From an uncultured Verrucomicrobiae bacterium (GTDB taxonomy: Bacteria; Verrucomicrobiota; Verrucomicrobiia; Chthoniobacterales; UBA10450), in NCBI GenBank assembly GCA_963815455.1, contig CAWFGO010000001.1:1312001-1376000 (forward strand): DNA of 64,000 bases, read 5' to 3'. This document shows positions 19,947 through 31,573 of the stretch, piece by piece. The stretch's first letter is position 1; each line of letters starts with the position of its first letter. A program made the translations under genes and the position numbers. The notes beneath the pieces were generated by a model that ran no database searches, had not been told where the DNA came from, and saw only the letters and a list, made by a program, of their open reading frames with translations.

Positions 19947-21272
19947 CTATGCGGCGCGTCGTGCGCGGATGCGAGCCCACCGCTCGCTCACGTCTTCCAG
20001 ATCACGCAAGGTGATCATCTGTTCGATGTCGCGCCCGAATAAAAGATCGAGCGTCCACCCCGTCATGACGCGCAATTTCTTCACCAGGCGCGGCAGCTTC
20101 AGGAGATACACCGAGCGCCACATCGCCCAGGCGATGAATCCGGAGAACTTGAATCCGAACATGCTCGCCACGCCGGTGTGATGACCGATGCTCGCGAGCA
20201 TGCCCATGGTTCGATATCGAAACGGCTTCAGTGGTTGATTGAGAATTGTTCGTTCGATGTTTTTCGCCGCGGTCACCGCTTCACGCATTCCGTGCTGCGC
20301 AGTCGGCGGATAAAAAGTCCGAGCCGGACTGGCGGTTAGGTCAGGAACTGCCGCGCAATCGCCCGCCGCCCAGAGGCCGGTAAATCCCGGAACCTGGAGA
20401 TATTCATTTGCGATGATCCGCCCTCTCTCTTTCGGGCACGGCAGCGCCGCGACCGCCGGGCTCGGTTTCACTCCTGCGGTCCAGACGAGTGTCGCCGCCG
20501 GAAGCGAGATGCCGTTGTCCAGGGTGACGAACCAGCCATCGTAGCTCGCCACGCGCGCGCCCCTGATCACTTCCACTTTACGCTCGCGCATTTTGCGTTC
20601 GGCATAACGACCCAGCTCTTCGCCCAACTCCGGCAACAAATAATCTCCCGGATGAATCACCACGACGCGAATCTCCTCGTCGCCCACTCGCGGATAGAAC
20701 TTCGCCGTTTCGCGCAGGAAATCGTTCACCGCGCCGGCCGTTTCCGCGCCGGCAAATCCGCCGCCCGCGATTACGAAGGTGAGCGATTGACGGCGCGTGG
20801 CCGCATCGCTCTCGAGCGTCGCTTCCTCCAAAAACGCCACCATGCGATTTCGGAGCAGCGTCGCGTCGTTCAGATTCTTCATCGTCGTCGCCCAATCGCG
20901 GATGCCGGCGTTCTCGAAGAAGTTTGTCTCCGAGCCGAGCGCGAGGAGCAGATGATCAAAACCGAGCTCGAGCTCATCGCCGTCGAGTCCATGAACGCAG
21001 CGAACTCTGCGCGCGCCAGGATCGATCGACTGCACGTCGGCCTGGATCACGTTGACATGGCGCAAAATGCGCCGCAGCGGATTCACGATATCGCCTGGCG
21101 CAAGATCGCCCGCCGCGACTTCATGCAACATCGGCGTAAAGAGAATGAAATTCTCCCGCGCGATGAGCGTGACTTCGATGTCCGGCCGGCGGGCCAGATG
21201 TTTGTCGAGATGTCTCGCCGCATAGAGCCCGGCAAATCCCCCGCCCGCGATCAGAATCTTCGTCTTTTTCAT
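19947..21272 (-). CDS. ndh: Type II NADH dehydrogenase-like FAD-dependent oxidoreductase
   Basis: ILIAGGGFAG, FTPMLHEVAAG, VIAGGGFAGAE, VWTAGV, AAGDCA, PPTAQHG, WRSVYL. ATG at 21272. Confidence 0.87.
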   Translation of the reverse strand: MKKTKILIAGGGFAGLYAARHLDKHLARRPDIEVTLIARENFILFTPMLHEVAAGDLAPGDIVNPLRRILRHVNVIQADVQSIDPGARRVRCVHGLDGDELELGFDHLLLALGSETNFFENAGIRDWATTMKNLNDATLLRNRMVAFLEEATLESDAATRRQSLTFVIAGGGFAGAETAGAVNDFLRETAKFYPRVGDEEIRVVVIHPGDYLLPELGEELGRYAERKMRERKVEVIRGARVASYDGWFVTLDNGISLPAATLVWTAGVKPSPAVAALPCPKERGRIIANEYLQVPGFTGLWAAGDCAAVPDLTASPARTFYPPTAQHGMREAVTAAKNIERTILNQPLKPFRYRTMGMLASIGHHTGVASMFGFKFSGFIAWAMWRSVYLLKLPRLVKKLRVMTGWTLDLLFGRDIEQMITLRDLEDVSERWARIRARRAA

Positions 21273-21300
21273 GCGACAATATTCGCGTGGTGTCGTGCTG

Positions 21301-21346
21301 TTGTGAAAGACTCTGTTTCTCGCCTCAGCATAGGTGGCAAGCATGC
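21301..21346. promoter_or_regulatory. Putative LysR operator (copy 2) upstream of ndh
   Basis: 30/34 identity to 18544..18577; perfect dyad GCAT-N11-ATGC at 21328-21346. Confidence 0.6.
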
Positions 21347-21505
21347 TGAAGTTCGCGGGCCTGGCATTCTTTTAGGAAACTGTGACGGCTGAACAGCAGG
21401 CGGCTCCGCTCTCTCTGCCTGACAGACTTGCGTTCGGCCCGCGAGCCGCCCAACCGCCTAAAACGTTACCGGCCGACGACGCGCTCGTAGCTACGCTGCA
21501 AAGGC

Positions 21506-21570
21506 TTGAAAATGCTGTCCGATTGCGATCGTTAAGATCATACTTCACGAGCTTGTGAAGAGTTCATTGG
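21506..21570 (+). promoter_or_regulatory. 65-bp promoter/start element, copy 1
   Basis: 55/65 ungapped identity to 33258..33322; includes the GTG start of the hdeD-like gene. Confidence 0.65.
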
Positions 21571-22130
21571 AATCGGAGAGCGTTGATATTGACCTGAACC
21601 CGGCAACTCGATGGTTGATTGTTTCGGCTGCGGTGGTGTTTGTCTGCGGGGTTCTGGCGATGGTGCTGCCTCTCATTTTTTCCGTAGGCATCGCCGCCTT
21701 GTTAGGCTGGCTTCTTGTGTTCGCGGGTATTGCTCATTTCACCTACGGGATTCATTTCCAACGCGGCACCTTGGGCTGGCATGCTCTCGTAGCCGGACTG
21801 TATGGTGTGGCTGCGATCAATCTCCTGGTAAATCCGCTGCTCGGGGTCGTTTTTCTGGTACTGATAGTAGGCGTCGTTCTCATTGCCGAAGGGATCATTG
21901 AGATCGGCTTGTTTTTTGTGCTCCGCCAATATCGCCATTCCATCTGGATCCTGATCGACGGGATAGTGACTCTGATGCTCGGGATTGTTGTCTGCGGACA
22001 TTGGCCACCGGCCGCACCGGAGTTTATTCAATACCTGGTGGGGATCGGTTTTATTTCGAGTGGCATTTCCCGCCTGTTGTTGGCCTTTGCAATGCGCGTG
22101 GTTGAGCCAACAGAGGCACCGGTTGAATAA
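21555..22130 (+). CDS. HdeD/DUF308 family membrane protein
   Basis: About six hydrophobic helices with the duplicated GWLLVFAGI / GVVLIAEGI / GIGFISSGI pattern. Confidence 0.8.
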   Translation: MKSSLESESVDIDLNPATRWLIVSAAVVFVCGVLAMVLPLIFSVGIAALLGWLLVFAGIAHFTYGIHFQRGTLGWHALVAGLYGVAAINLLVNPLLGVVFLVLIVGVVLIAEGIIEIGLFFVLRQYRHSIWILIDGIVTLMLGIVVCGHWPPAAPEFIQYLVGIGFISSGISRLLLAFAMRVVEPTEAPVE

Positions 22131-22261
22131 AGGAAAAAACCAGACCATTCCAAGATCCCGATCTGTCCTCCGCGCTGGGGACGTGTGTCGGCGAAACCTG
22201 CGGCAGCAGGATCAGGTTTCAAGATCAGGAAGTCGCGCGATCCCAACCAGGAAGAAATATT

Positions 22262-23167
22262 ATGAAAGCAAAAGAGATCATCGAAATAACCCGGCAAATC
22301 GCCCGTCCATTCCGGGTCACTAAGGGCGAAAGGTTCCGTCTCAAAGACTTCGATCCGAGTGACACACTGGAGTTTACGAAAGAGGAGCATAAGCCGCTGG
22401 CGAAAGAAGTGCTGGCCATGGGAGTGGCGGCACTGTCGGATTTGCAGGACAAACTTTACGCCCAAGATAAGTGGGCGGTGCTTCTCATCTTTCAAGCTAT
22501 GGACGCCGCGGGCAAAGATGGCGTCATCAAACACGTGATGTCAGGCGTGAATCCGCAAGGTTGCCAGGTCTTTTCCTTTAAGGCGCCGTCGGCCGAAGAC
22601 CTGGATCACGATTATTTATGGCGCTGCATGAAGGTTTTGCCCAACCGCGGCCAGATTGGAATCTTCAATCGCAGTTATTACGAGGAAGTGCTTGTCGTCC
22701 GAGTGCATCCGGAACTCTTGAAGAGAGAGAAAACGCCGCCAGAGCTGGTAGGGAAGAAAATCTGGGACGAGCGTTTCAAAGATATTCGTCACTTCGAACA
22801 ATACCTGGCGCGTAACGGCATCGTGGTGCGCAAATTCTTTCTCCATGTCTCAAAGAAAGAGCAGAAGCGGCGTTTTCTCGAGCGCATCGACAATCCGCAG
22901 AAGAACTGGAAGTTTTCAGCCAACGACCTCGCCGAGCGCGATTTTTGGGGCGATTACATGAATGCGTACGAAGAAATGATCCAGAAAACGGCGACCGAAG
23001 AAGCGCCGTGGTATGTGGTGCCGGCCGATAACAAACCGTTTACCCGAGTGGCCGTCGCAGCAGCGGTGATAGAGACGCTGGCGGATCTCAATTTGAAATA
23101 TCCAGAAGTTGGTACGGACAAGCTCGCGGAGCTTGCAGCTGCGAAACGGAAGTTACTGAAAAGGTAG
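22262..23167 (+). CDS. ppk2: Polyphosphate kinase 2 family protein
   Basis: QAMDAAGKDG Walker A, FKAPS, FNRSYYEEVL, NWKFS, PWYVVPAD. Confidence 0.93.
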   Translation: MKAKEIIEITRQIARPFRVTKGERFRLKDFDPSDTLEFTKEEHKPLAKEVLAMGVAALSDLQDKLYAQDKWAVLLIFQAMDAAGKDGVIKHVMSGVNPQGCQVFSFKAPSAEDLDHDYLWRCMKVLPNRGQIGIFNRSYYEEVLVVRVHPELLKREKTPPELVGKKIWDERFKDIRHFEQYLARNGIVVRKFFLHVSKKEQKRRFLERIDNPQKNWKFSANDLAERDFWGDYMNAYEEMIQKTATEEAPWYVVPADNKPFTRVAVAAAVIETLADLNLKYPEVGTDKLAELAAAKRKLLKR

Positions 23168-23233
23168 TTCTCCGCCTGCGATTGCTGAACGTGTCTCGAC
23201 TGCAATAAGGGGCTGCGGTGCGAGGCAGGACAA

Positions 23234-25018
23234 TCACCTATTAGCTGTTATCCGGGCGTCGCTAGAATTACTGAAGGCCGACGGCTTTGCCGAGTCTTTA
23301 CTTCCGACGCGTTCCTTAAGAATTCTCATCACCTCGGAGATGCCTTGAGGATTCTGATTTGCGCCGTGGCCCGACGGCACAATCTTCTCGGATTCGGCTC
23401 CGTCCAGATGCGAACTCCAATAGGGCACGACACCATCGCTGCTGTTGGGCGTATCTCCGCGGCCCCGATCGCCGATGATCGAGTGGTAGGGGACGCTTCT
23501 TGCCAGCGGCAGGGTATTCATGATTTTCATAAACGGATCGTTAGGCGAAAGCGTGTCGATGCTGTTTGGCAGTCGTTTCAGTTTCATGACTGTTGGGTCC
23601 TCCTGAAAGACGGATGCGCGCAAAACCTCGGAGCGGAGCCCTACAAATCGTAACGACTTGCGGACGATGCCCGATGCTATTCGACCGATCGGACCTTTTG
23701 CGATAGCACTGCCACGATGTGGCGTAGAGATGAAAATAACTCGCGCCACATCGCGCCGCGGCTTGAAAATCAACGCCTCCCTGAGCAACGCCTTGTTTTC
23801 CGGAGAGAGTTTGGCCTGATCCGGCGATGTGCCGAAAAAGTAGCGCCAGACCTTGTCACTGCGTGAGTCGCTGATCATAAGATGGCAAAGGATCCCACCC
23901 ATGCTATGACCGACTAGGACAATAGGTCGGTGGTGAGGAAAGGCTTTGTCCAGCGCGTCGAGCTGGCGCCGGAGCAGCAAGGCTGAGTATGGGATAGGAT
24001 AGCCGGTCGGGTAATTGAACACCCACATTTGGTAATTTTGGCGCACGATCGGATCAGCCCAGAGCGCGTTCAGCATCTGTGTCCAAGTCACGGACGTGCT
24101 TTCGAGACCGTGAACGAAAAGAACGGGAATTTTTCTTGAATCGTACGGTTGGACTTGTATGAGGCGAGCCGTGTCGGCGAATTTTTCCGGGTTGAGCAGC
24201 GCCGGCACGCCCATTTTCTCTGGATGCTCGCGAGACAAGCCTACCGCCAACGGCGCAGTGAAGTCGGCGGCAGCCCGCACGGTCCGACCCGAGACGTTGG
24301 TCGTTTCCACGGAAAGTGGGTCATTGAATTCGACTTCGCACGTGCGGCCACTAAAATGGGCCACCGCAGTTACAGCGAAATAAATACGTGGCGGAACAAA
24401 CCGCTGCCGAATTTCTGGAGCCTGCTCGTTGCGCACGGCGACCAGCGACGCGCCGGCGCCGGTCCGAGTGATACGAGGAACAACAAGCTTGCCGCGCACA
24501 TCAAGCTCGTCGGCAGGAATCAGGTCGAAATCCCGCGGTTTCCAGAGCGGGTTAGCGACTGGACGTTGGCTAAGAACATACTCACCTCCATTCGGTGCCG
24601 GCAGGTGTAATGGATGCGTCCAAGGATCGAGATGAGCGTCCCGAATTGTGGAAAAAACGCGCGATAACGCAAAGTTGTAGTCGCGTAAAGCCAGGGCATC
24701 GTTGGGACGTTTCCGCAATTCCTCGCTGGTCGTGTCGACCGCACTAAGATAAAGCCCGACTGCTTTCTTTGGCTCGGTACGCTGCAGTGTCTGCGCAGCT
24801 GCGATCGCTTGCTCGGCACGCTCAAGCTGGGGCAGCGTCCCATGTTGCGCACCCAGTTTAGGATTGATCTCGCGAACCTTTGCCAACGGCGCGCAAGCAC
24901 CGAGCGTTGCCAGCGTGGCGACGAGAAGGACGAGCGCTTGGTTTCTTTTAATTCGTGACGTGATACAGCGATAACTCGTTCGTGAAAACCGATTGGTCTC
25001 TTGCGCGGCCACTTTCAC
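23234..25018 (-). CDS. Putative lipoprotein alpha/beta hydrolase
   Basis: Lipobox-like LATLGAC; VLFVHGL; GHSMGG nucleophile elbow; STPHRGS; DGVVPYWSSH. Confidence 0.8.
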   Translation of the reverse strand: MKVAAQETNRFSRTSYRCITSRIKRNQALVLLVATLATLGACAPLAKVREINPKLGAQHGTLPQLERAEQAIAAAQTLQRTEPKKAVGLYLSAVDTTSEELRKRPNDALALRDYNFALSRVFSTIRDAHLDPWTHPLHLPAPNGGEYVLSQRPVANPLWKPRDFDLIPADELDVRGKLVVPRITRTGAGASLVAVRNEQAPEIRQRFVPPRIYFAVTAVAHFSGRTCEVEFNDPLSVETTNVSGRTVRAAADFTAPLAVGLSREHPEKMGVPALLNPEKFADTARLIQVQPYDSRKIPVLFVHGLESTSVTWTQMLNALWADPIVRQNYQMWVFNYPTGYPIPYSALLLRRQLDALDKAFPHHRPIVLVGHSMGGILCHLMISDSRSDKVWRYFFGTSPDQAKLSPENKALLREALIFKPRRDVARVIFISTPHRGSAIAKGPIGRIASGIVRKSLRFVGLRSEVLRASVFQEDPTVMKLKRLPNSIDTLSPNDPFMKIMNTLPLARSVPYHSIIGDRGRGDTPNSSDGVVPYWSSHLDGAESEKIVPSGHGANQNPQGISEVMRILKERVGSKDSAKPSAFSNSSDARITANR

Positions 25019-25027
25019 AAAAACTCG

Positions 25028-26152
25028 TCACATCGACCCGATGGTCTTGCGGAAACGCGCCAGCGCGACGGCGAAGAGAAGCGCCCCGATGAGCGCGAGG
25101 GCCAGGAATTGCGGCCAAACGACATCGAGGCCGCCGCCGCGAAAGATAATTTTCTGCGCGACCTTGACGAAGTGAGTGGTCGGCGCTGCGATCATGATCT
25201 GCTGGACGAATTCGGGCATGCTCTCGCGCGGGGTTACGCCACCGGATAACATTTGGAGCGGTAAAAGCACCATGATCATGAGGAGAGCGAACTGCGGCAT
25301 GGTGCGGGCGAAGGTGGCCAGGAAAATGCCTAACGATGTGGCCGCGATGATGTGGAGGGCCGTGCCGCAGAGGAAGAGCGTCCTCGACCCGTTGATTGGG
25401 ACCTGAAGCACTCCCTCGACGATGAAGATCAGGCAGAGCGCGGAGGCGACCAGCACCACCAATCCCATTGACCAGATCTTGCTCGTCATAATTTGGAATG
25501 GCGTCACCGGCATGACTAACAAATGCTCGACGGTGCCGCGCTCGCGCTCGCGGATGAGGGCCGCGCCCGTGAGCAGGACCGAAAGCATGGTGATCTGGTC
25601 GATCAGCGCCACCACCGCGCCGAACGAACGCCGGCTCAGGTTGGCGTTGTAACGCACCCGCTCTTCAATATCGACCGGTGGCTTGAAGACGGTTCGATAA
25701 CGCTGTAGCCAGCTCTGGACTTCCTCGAGCACGATCCTCTGAACGTAGGAGCTGCCGCTGAACGCCTGACTGATTCGCGTCGCATCGGTATTGAGTTGGA
25801 TGGCAGGCGAGCGCCCGGCCAGCACGTCCTGCTGGAAATTGGGACGAATATCGAGAGCGAACGTATCCTGGCCGCTGTCCATCCGAGCATCCATTTCCTC
25901 CCGCGACACCATGGTCGGCGGCTTGAACCAGGGTGGCTGGAAGGCGTTGACGATCCGTTGTGAAAGGGCCGACTGGTCCTCATCCACGATGGCGATAGGC
26001 GCCTGGCTAAGCGAGTCGGGTAAAGCGGTCGAGATGGAATAGATCGTCAGCGTGAACGCGTAAACGATCAGCAGAATCATGATCGGGTCGCGTGCGAGGC
26101 TCCACATTTCTTTGACGCCGAGATGCAGAATGTTCTTGCCGCTCATGTTCAT
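25028..26152 (-). CDS. ABC-2 type permease (YhhJ-like)
   Basis: [34 protein letters not shown]-coupled to the upstream rbbA-like gene. Confidence 0.88.
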   Translation of the reverse strand: MNMSGKNILHLGVKEMWSLARDPIMILLIVYAFTLTIYSISTALPDSLSQAPIAIVDEDQSALSQRIVNAFQPPWFKPPTMVSREEMDARMDSGQDTFALDIRPNFQQDVLAGRSPAIQLNTDATRISQAFSGSSYVQRIVLEEVQSWLQRYRTVFKPPVDIEERVRYNANLSRRSFGAVVALIDQITMLSVLLTGAALIRERERGTVEHLLVMPVTPFQIMTSKIWSMGLVVLVASALCLIFIVEGVLQVPINGSRTLFLCGTALHIIAATSLGIFLATFARTMPQFALLMIMVLLPLQMLSGGVTPRESMPEFVQQIMIAAPTTHFVKVAQKIIFRGGGLDVVWPQFLALALIGALLFAVALARFRKTIGSM

Positions 26153-28991
26153 TTCTCCTGTTTCTTCAAGAACAGCACGCTCAACCCGATGAGCACCGGG
26201 ATGGCGATCAGCAGCGGAATGAAGGACTCATAAAGCCCGGCGAAACCGAGCGCCTTGTAAAACGTCCCGCGGGAGATAGTAATGTAATAGGCAGTCGGGT
26301 AAATGTTTCCCACAAACCGACCGAAGCCGCTAAGCGATGAAACTGGATCGGTCAGGCCGCAGAAATTGCCGGCCGGGACCAAAGTGAGAATCGTCGTGGC
26401 GAACAGCGCCGCCACCTGGGTGCGGGTGAGGGTTGAAATAAGTATCCCAATCCCGGTGGAGCAGGCGACGTAGAGTAGCGTGCCGGCGGCGGCGGTCAGG
26501 AAATCTCCCTTCATCGGCACGCGGAAAAGAGTTACCGCCAACAAGACGAGCAGCAGGAAGTTGAGCATGCCGAGTGCGACGTAGGGGAGCTGTTTGCCTA
26601 ACAGGAACTCCAGCCGCGTCGTCGGCGTGACGTAGAAGTTGATGATCGACCCGAGGTCCTTCTCGCGAACGACCGAGAGCGTCGCCAGCATGGCCGGGAT
26701 CAAGAGCAGCAAGAGCGGGATCACCGCCGGCACCATCGCCATCAGGCTGTTGACATCTGGGTTGTAGCGGTAGCGCAGTTCGACGGTGGCGGGAGTAATC
26801 ACCGGCTGACCGCCGCGATAACGGGCGACTTGGTTCAGCCATCCAAGATGCATGCCTTGCACGTATCCGCGAATCGTTTCGGCGCGTTGCGGCATGGCGC
26901 CGTCGATCCAAACGCCTACCTTGACCGGCGGTTTTCCCTCGCTCCAACGCTCGACGTCGCGGCCAAAGTCAGGCGGTATCTCAACCACCATGCTGAGTTC
27001 TCCCGAACTCATCCGGCGGTCGAGTTCCTGATAGTTAGCGACCGGCGGACGTTCGACGAAATACCGGCTGGCTCCTGCTATATTAATAAGGTAGTCGCGG
27101 CTGATGGTTGTCTGGTCGCGGTCGAGCACGGCAAACTTCAGGTGTTCGACATCCAGGGTGATGCCGTAGCCCATGATGATCATCAGGATCACGCTGCCCA
27201 GCCCGGCCATCGTTAGCCGGATAGGGTCGCGGCTCAGCTCCATCAGCTCGCGGTGGCTGCTTGCCAACATTCGCTGGAAGCTGAAGCGGGAACCAGCGGT
27301 CGGAGGTCCGGCGTTAGAAGTCACATGGTCGGAAGCTCGCCGTTTCGGCCTGTTTTGTCTGACCCGCGACTTCTGGCTCCTGACTTCTGGCTTTCTCCGC
27401 GTCTTCCAGGTAGCCGATGAAGGCATCCTCCAGTGTGGCGGCGCCGCGCTTCTTCACCACGCCATCCGGCGTATCGACGACCAGCACCTTGCCCGCGCTC
27501 ATGAGCGAGATGCGGTCGCACCGCTCGGCCTCGTTGATGAAGTGAGTCGTGATAAAGATGGTGACCTTGTCGCGGCGGGACAACTCGATCAGGTGTTCCC
27601 AGAATCCATCGCGCGCGACTGGATCAACGCCCGAGGTCGGCTCGTCGAGGATCAGCAGGTCGGGCTTGTGGATGAGTGCGACGGCCAGCTGCAGTCGCTG
27701 CCGTTGTCCCAAGGGGAGCGAGTCGGGCAGCGCCTCCATGATCGGGATCGAGGCCGAACCGCGTAGCCGTCTGTTCGACGCGCCGCGGGATCTCGTCCTC
27801 GGGGACATGGAACAGCTGGGCATGCAGGACGAGGTTCTGCCGCACCGTGAGCTCGTAATAGAGCGAGAAGGCCTGCGACATGTAGCCGATCTTGCGCCGG
27901 ACGTTGATGTCGTTCGCATCGACCGACTGACCGAACAGCCAGGCCTGCCCCTCGGTAGCTGGCAGCAGGCCGCACAGCATTTTCATCGTGGTCGATTTGC
28001 CGCAGCCGTTGGCGCCGAGGAACCCGAAAATTTCGCCGCGCTCGATCCGGAAGTTGACGTGATCGACGGCGATGAAGTCGCCGAAGTGCTGGGTCAGGCC
28101 GTGCGCCTCGATGATCATCTCATGCTCGCCTGGCGGCCGCGGAGGAATCACAAGCTCCTTGTGGCCATGCCGTTTTTCTTCTGGCAGCAGTGCGATGAAG
28201 GCGTCGTCGAGATCGTGGGCGCCGGTGCGCTCCAACAACTCTGCCGGCGTGCCGGTAGCGAGCACGTTGCCTGCGTACATCGCCACTAACCAGTCGAACT
28301 GCGCGGCCTCCTCCATGTAGGCGGTCGAGACCATTACGCTCATGCCGGGCCGAGTCGCGCGGATGCGATCGATCAACTCCCAGAACTGGCGGCGCGAGAG
28401 CGGATCGACGCCGGTCGTCGGCTCGTCCAGGATCAACAGGTCCGGGTCATGAATCAATGCGCAACACAAGCAGAGCTTCTGCTTCATGCCGCCGGAGAGC
28501 TTGCCCGCCGGCCGGTTGGGGAAGCGTTCCAGCCCGATGCTGTCCAGCAGCTCGAAGATGCGGCGCTCGCTCTCCTCCTTGCTGTAGCCGAACAGCCGCC
28601 CGAAGTAGTCGGCGTTCTCGAACACGGAGAGCGTCGGATAAAGGTTCTTGCCCAGACCTTGCGGCATGTAGGCAATGCGCGGACACGTCGCCCGCCGAAA
28701 GCGCGCATCCGCCATGTCGCCGCCCAAGGCCTCGACGCGCCCTTCCTGGATTCGGCGCGAGCCGGCGATCAGCGCAAGCACGCTGGACTTCCCCACGCCG
28801 TCTGGTCCGATCAAGCCGACCATGCGCCCGGCCGGGACTTCAAGGTTCACGGCATCCAGCGCAAGCGTCTTACCGTAGCGTAATGTTACGTTCGTTAGGC
28901 GCGCGGCCGCTGCCTGGGGCGGCTCGCGCGCATCGCCCGCCACACGCGCACGTCGATCTTGCGTGTCAACGCGCTGGAATTCCGCGATCAT
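26149..28991 (-). CDS. rbbA: RbbA-like double-ATPase/ABC-2 permease fusion; one +1 indel near 27745
   Basis: Two ABC cassettes ([40 protein letters not shown]) followed by a permease ([10 protein letters not shown]). Frames join on removing one C. Confidence 0.88.
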
Positions 28992-30199
28992 TCCGGAAGC
29001 CTGACCGCGAGGTTCGCGGGCCACTGCGCGTTGGGATCGAGTTTCACGTACGCGACTCCGGGCAGCCCGGTCTTCACCTTCTCGAGGTGCTTCCTGAGCA
29101 GGTCCTGCGGAATGTGGGCCTTCACGCGAAACGTTAGTTTTTGCCGTTCCTCTTTCGTCTCGACCGTCTTGGGCGTGAACTGCGCGACGTCGGCAACGAA
29201 AGTCACATTTGCCGGGATCACGAGCTCCGGTGCGGCATCGAGAACGATTCGCGCTTCTGCTCCCATGTTCACGCGACCCACCAGTTTCTCGGGAAGGAAA
29301 AGGGTCATGTAAACGTCCGCCAGATCGACCATGTTGAGCACCTTTCCTCCGGCCGGAAGAACCTCGCGTTCCTGGGCAATCTTGTATTGGACTCGGCCGT
29401 CCCGCGGCGCCTTGAGCGCGCTGTCGGTGATGTCCGCCTCGATGCGCACAATGGTTGCTTCGGCGGCGGCGATATTTGCCTTCGCGCTCACCAGCTGGGC
29501 GCGTGCGGCTTCAATTGCGGCCTGGGCTGTGTCCACCTGCGCTTGCGCAGTCTTCACTGCAGCATCGGCCGCGTGCTCGGTCGCGCGGTCGTCATCCAGT
29601 TGCTGCGGGGTGTCGACCCTTTCACGTGTCAGTTGCTCGGTTCGGACAAGTCTGCGCTTGGCTGCATCCCAGTTCGCGTCGCGTTGCGCCACCGTTGCAA
29701 TGGCCGCGGCTTTCTCGCTCTCTTTCGCCGTTACCTGCGCTTCCGCCGCATTGGCGTTGTGCACGGCTGCTTCACGTTGCGCGCGCGCCTCATTTAGTTG
29801 CGCCTGCAGCGTATCGGTCTGCATCTGCACCAGCAATTGCCCGGCTTGGACAAACTCGCCTTCCTTGACGAAAATCTTCTCTATCCGGCCGGCGATCTTC
29901 GCCGCGATGTCGATGTCGGTCGCTTCGATTCTGCCGTTGCCGCTCGCCAAACCAACGTTTTGCGGGTGGAGCTTCTGCCAGGTATAAAAGCCAGCGCCTG
30001 CGGCGAGCGCGATTACGGCCAGAATAACGAGTAGGCGAGACCACTTCTTCCCCTTCGCCATCGCTGAATCAACTGGTGGTTTTCGCGGAGCTTGATCGCC
30101 CGATGGTTTTTGCGATGTGATGTCGGGTACCGGTGCTGTTTCAGTTTTAGGCGTTGGGTTCATGTTGCGACTTGTGGCTGGTTCTGTTTGCGTTTGCAT
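28988..30199 (-). CDS. HlyD-family membrane fusion protein (YhiI-like)
   Basis: TM anchor, SGNGRIEA, lipoyl/coiled-coil region, [10 protein letters not shown]...FRVK. Confidence 0.9.
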   Translation of the reverse strand: MQTQTEPATSRNMNPTPKTETAPVPDITSQKPSGDQAPRKPPVDSAMAKGKKWSRLLVILAVIALAAGAGFYTWQKLHPQNVGLASGNGRIEATDIDIAAKIAGRIEKIFVKEGEFVQAGQLLVQMQTDTLQAQLNEARAQREAAVHNANAAEAQVTAKESEKAAAIATVAQRDANWDAAKRRLVRTEQLTRERVDTPQQLDDDRATEHAADAAVKTAQAQVDTAQAAIEAARAQLVSAKANIAAAEATIVRIEADITDSALKAPRDGRVQYKIAQEREVLPAGGKVLNMVDLADVYMTLFLPEKLVGRVNMGAEARIVLDAAPELVIPANVTFVADVAQFTPKTVETKEERQKLTFRVKAHIPQDLLRKHLEKVKTGLPGVAYVKLDPNAQWPANLAVRLPE

Positions 30200-30480
30200 T
30201 TGCTCGACCGTCTCAGCAGTGGCCCAAGGTTGCGCCGCGTCAGTTGCGAATCTTTGTGCATTTTTTGGCCAGGCTCCTCGTGGCGATAGATCGCCTCTTC
30301 ACCGTCATCTTTAAGTGCGTATCAACCCGCGCGATGCCGAATCTACGTGTGAACCCTCACGATCGCCGTGTCGAGGAGAATGTAGACGGTCTGCCCGAGG
30401 GAAGACCGCAGCTTGCCGTCTCAGGTGGCGAGGGCATCTCAACAATTCAGGTGCCCGCTAAAGCCATTTACCTTTCTACT

Positions 30481-31536
30481 TCAGTTCAGGTCTCCGTCAC
30501 TGCTGCGCGAGGCCCGCGCGACCGCGCCGGTAAAGAATTGCATCGGCAGATGCAATCGCACGCCCCACGCTTTTTCATCGTGCGCGGCGTGTGGGAAACA
30601 TAAGTAAACAAGGTCACGTCCAAACCGCCAGCCTCGGCTGACCAGCGCGAGCGCCATTGCCATGGTCACTTCGTAGTTGTCGTTAGGCCAGCCACTATCG
30701 AGGTAGAATCCTATCTTGCGCTTCGGCTCACTTAGCACCCGCTGAATCAGATCGTCCTTGTAGGAGAAGGTGCTCGACATACAAATGGCGCCGCCAAAGA
30801 TTTCCGGATATTGCCAGGCCGAGTAGAAAGAAACGACCCCGCCTAACGAGGAGCCCCACATTGTGCGGTCGAGCCGGTTCTTGGTCGTCCGCAGGAAAAG
30901 TTGCTCAGCGGGCACAACCTCTTCGACGATCGAGCGCGCATAAGTTTCGTAGCCCGGCTTGGTATACTCCTCTTCGCGCCGCTTGTTTGAGTAAACGCCT
31001 ACGACGACCAGATCTTCGATTGCCTGCATCGCGCGCAGGACGTGACTCGTCTCATCCACATTCCATTCCTGCTGCCGGAATGCTTCCTCCGGAAAGAACA
31101 GGTTCTGCCCGTCCTGCATGTAAGCCAGTGGGTAATGTGCCAGCGTGTTTTCCTCATAACCAGGTGGCAGGTAAACGCGCAGCCGATGGCGTCGCCCAAG
31201 GATGGCTGATTCTATCTCGACTAAAGGCGAGAAGTGGCCGTGCGGATTGCTGAAGAAGTAGGGATAAACAACACGAGCATCATCCGCGGCCATGATCAGT
31301 AAGTTATTAGTTCCTACTGCCCAATGCACCGTGCCGTTCTTAATCAGGCACGGCTTGAAGTTAACAAATGGTCGCTCCGTCTCGACTTCAAAAGTAGCTG
31401 TTCTGCCGTCGCTACTTACTGCGATCGGATGAATGTTACGTTTCCAGTCCAACTCCGTGCGAATGACGAGGGTTCCTGTTCCCGGTGGGTAACAGACGCG
31501 CAGCGTCCGCCTAAAGGTCTTGGTAGTCTGGGTCAT
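30481..31536 (-). CDS. Putative esterase (alpha/beta hydrolase) with an N-terminal beta-rich domain
   Basis: RVYLPPGY, YMQDGQNLF, GSSLGG, YLDSG, AAHDEKAW. Confidence 0.8.
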   Translation of the reverse strand: MTQTTKTFRRTLRVCYPPGTGTLVIRTELDWKRNIHPIAVSSDGRTATFEVETERPFVNFKPCLIKNGTVHWAVGTNNLLIMAADDARVVYPYFFSNPHGHFSPLVEIESAILGRRHRLRVYLPPGYEENTLAHYPLAYMQDGQNLFFPEEAFRQQEWNVDETSHVLRAMQAIEDLVVVGVYSNKRREEEYTKPGYETYARSIVEEVVPAEQLFLRTTKNRLDRTMWGSSLGGVVSFYSAWQYPEIFGGAICMSSTFSYKDDLIQRVLSEPKRKIGFYLDSGWPNDNYEVTMAMALALVSRGWRFGRDLVYLCFPHAAHDEKAWGVRLHLPMQFFTGAVARASRSSDGDLN

Positions 31537-31573
31537 TTCATGATGTCCGGATGGGTATATTGACGCACAACTA

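Noticed and set aside
27368..27392. GACTTCTGGCT direct repeat in the rbbA linker
   Set aside because: Only two 11-nt units; too short to call an array or element.
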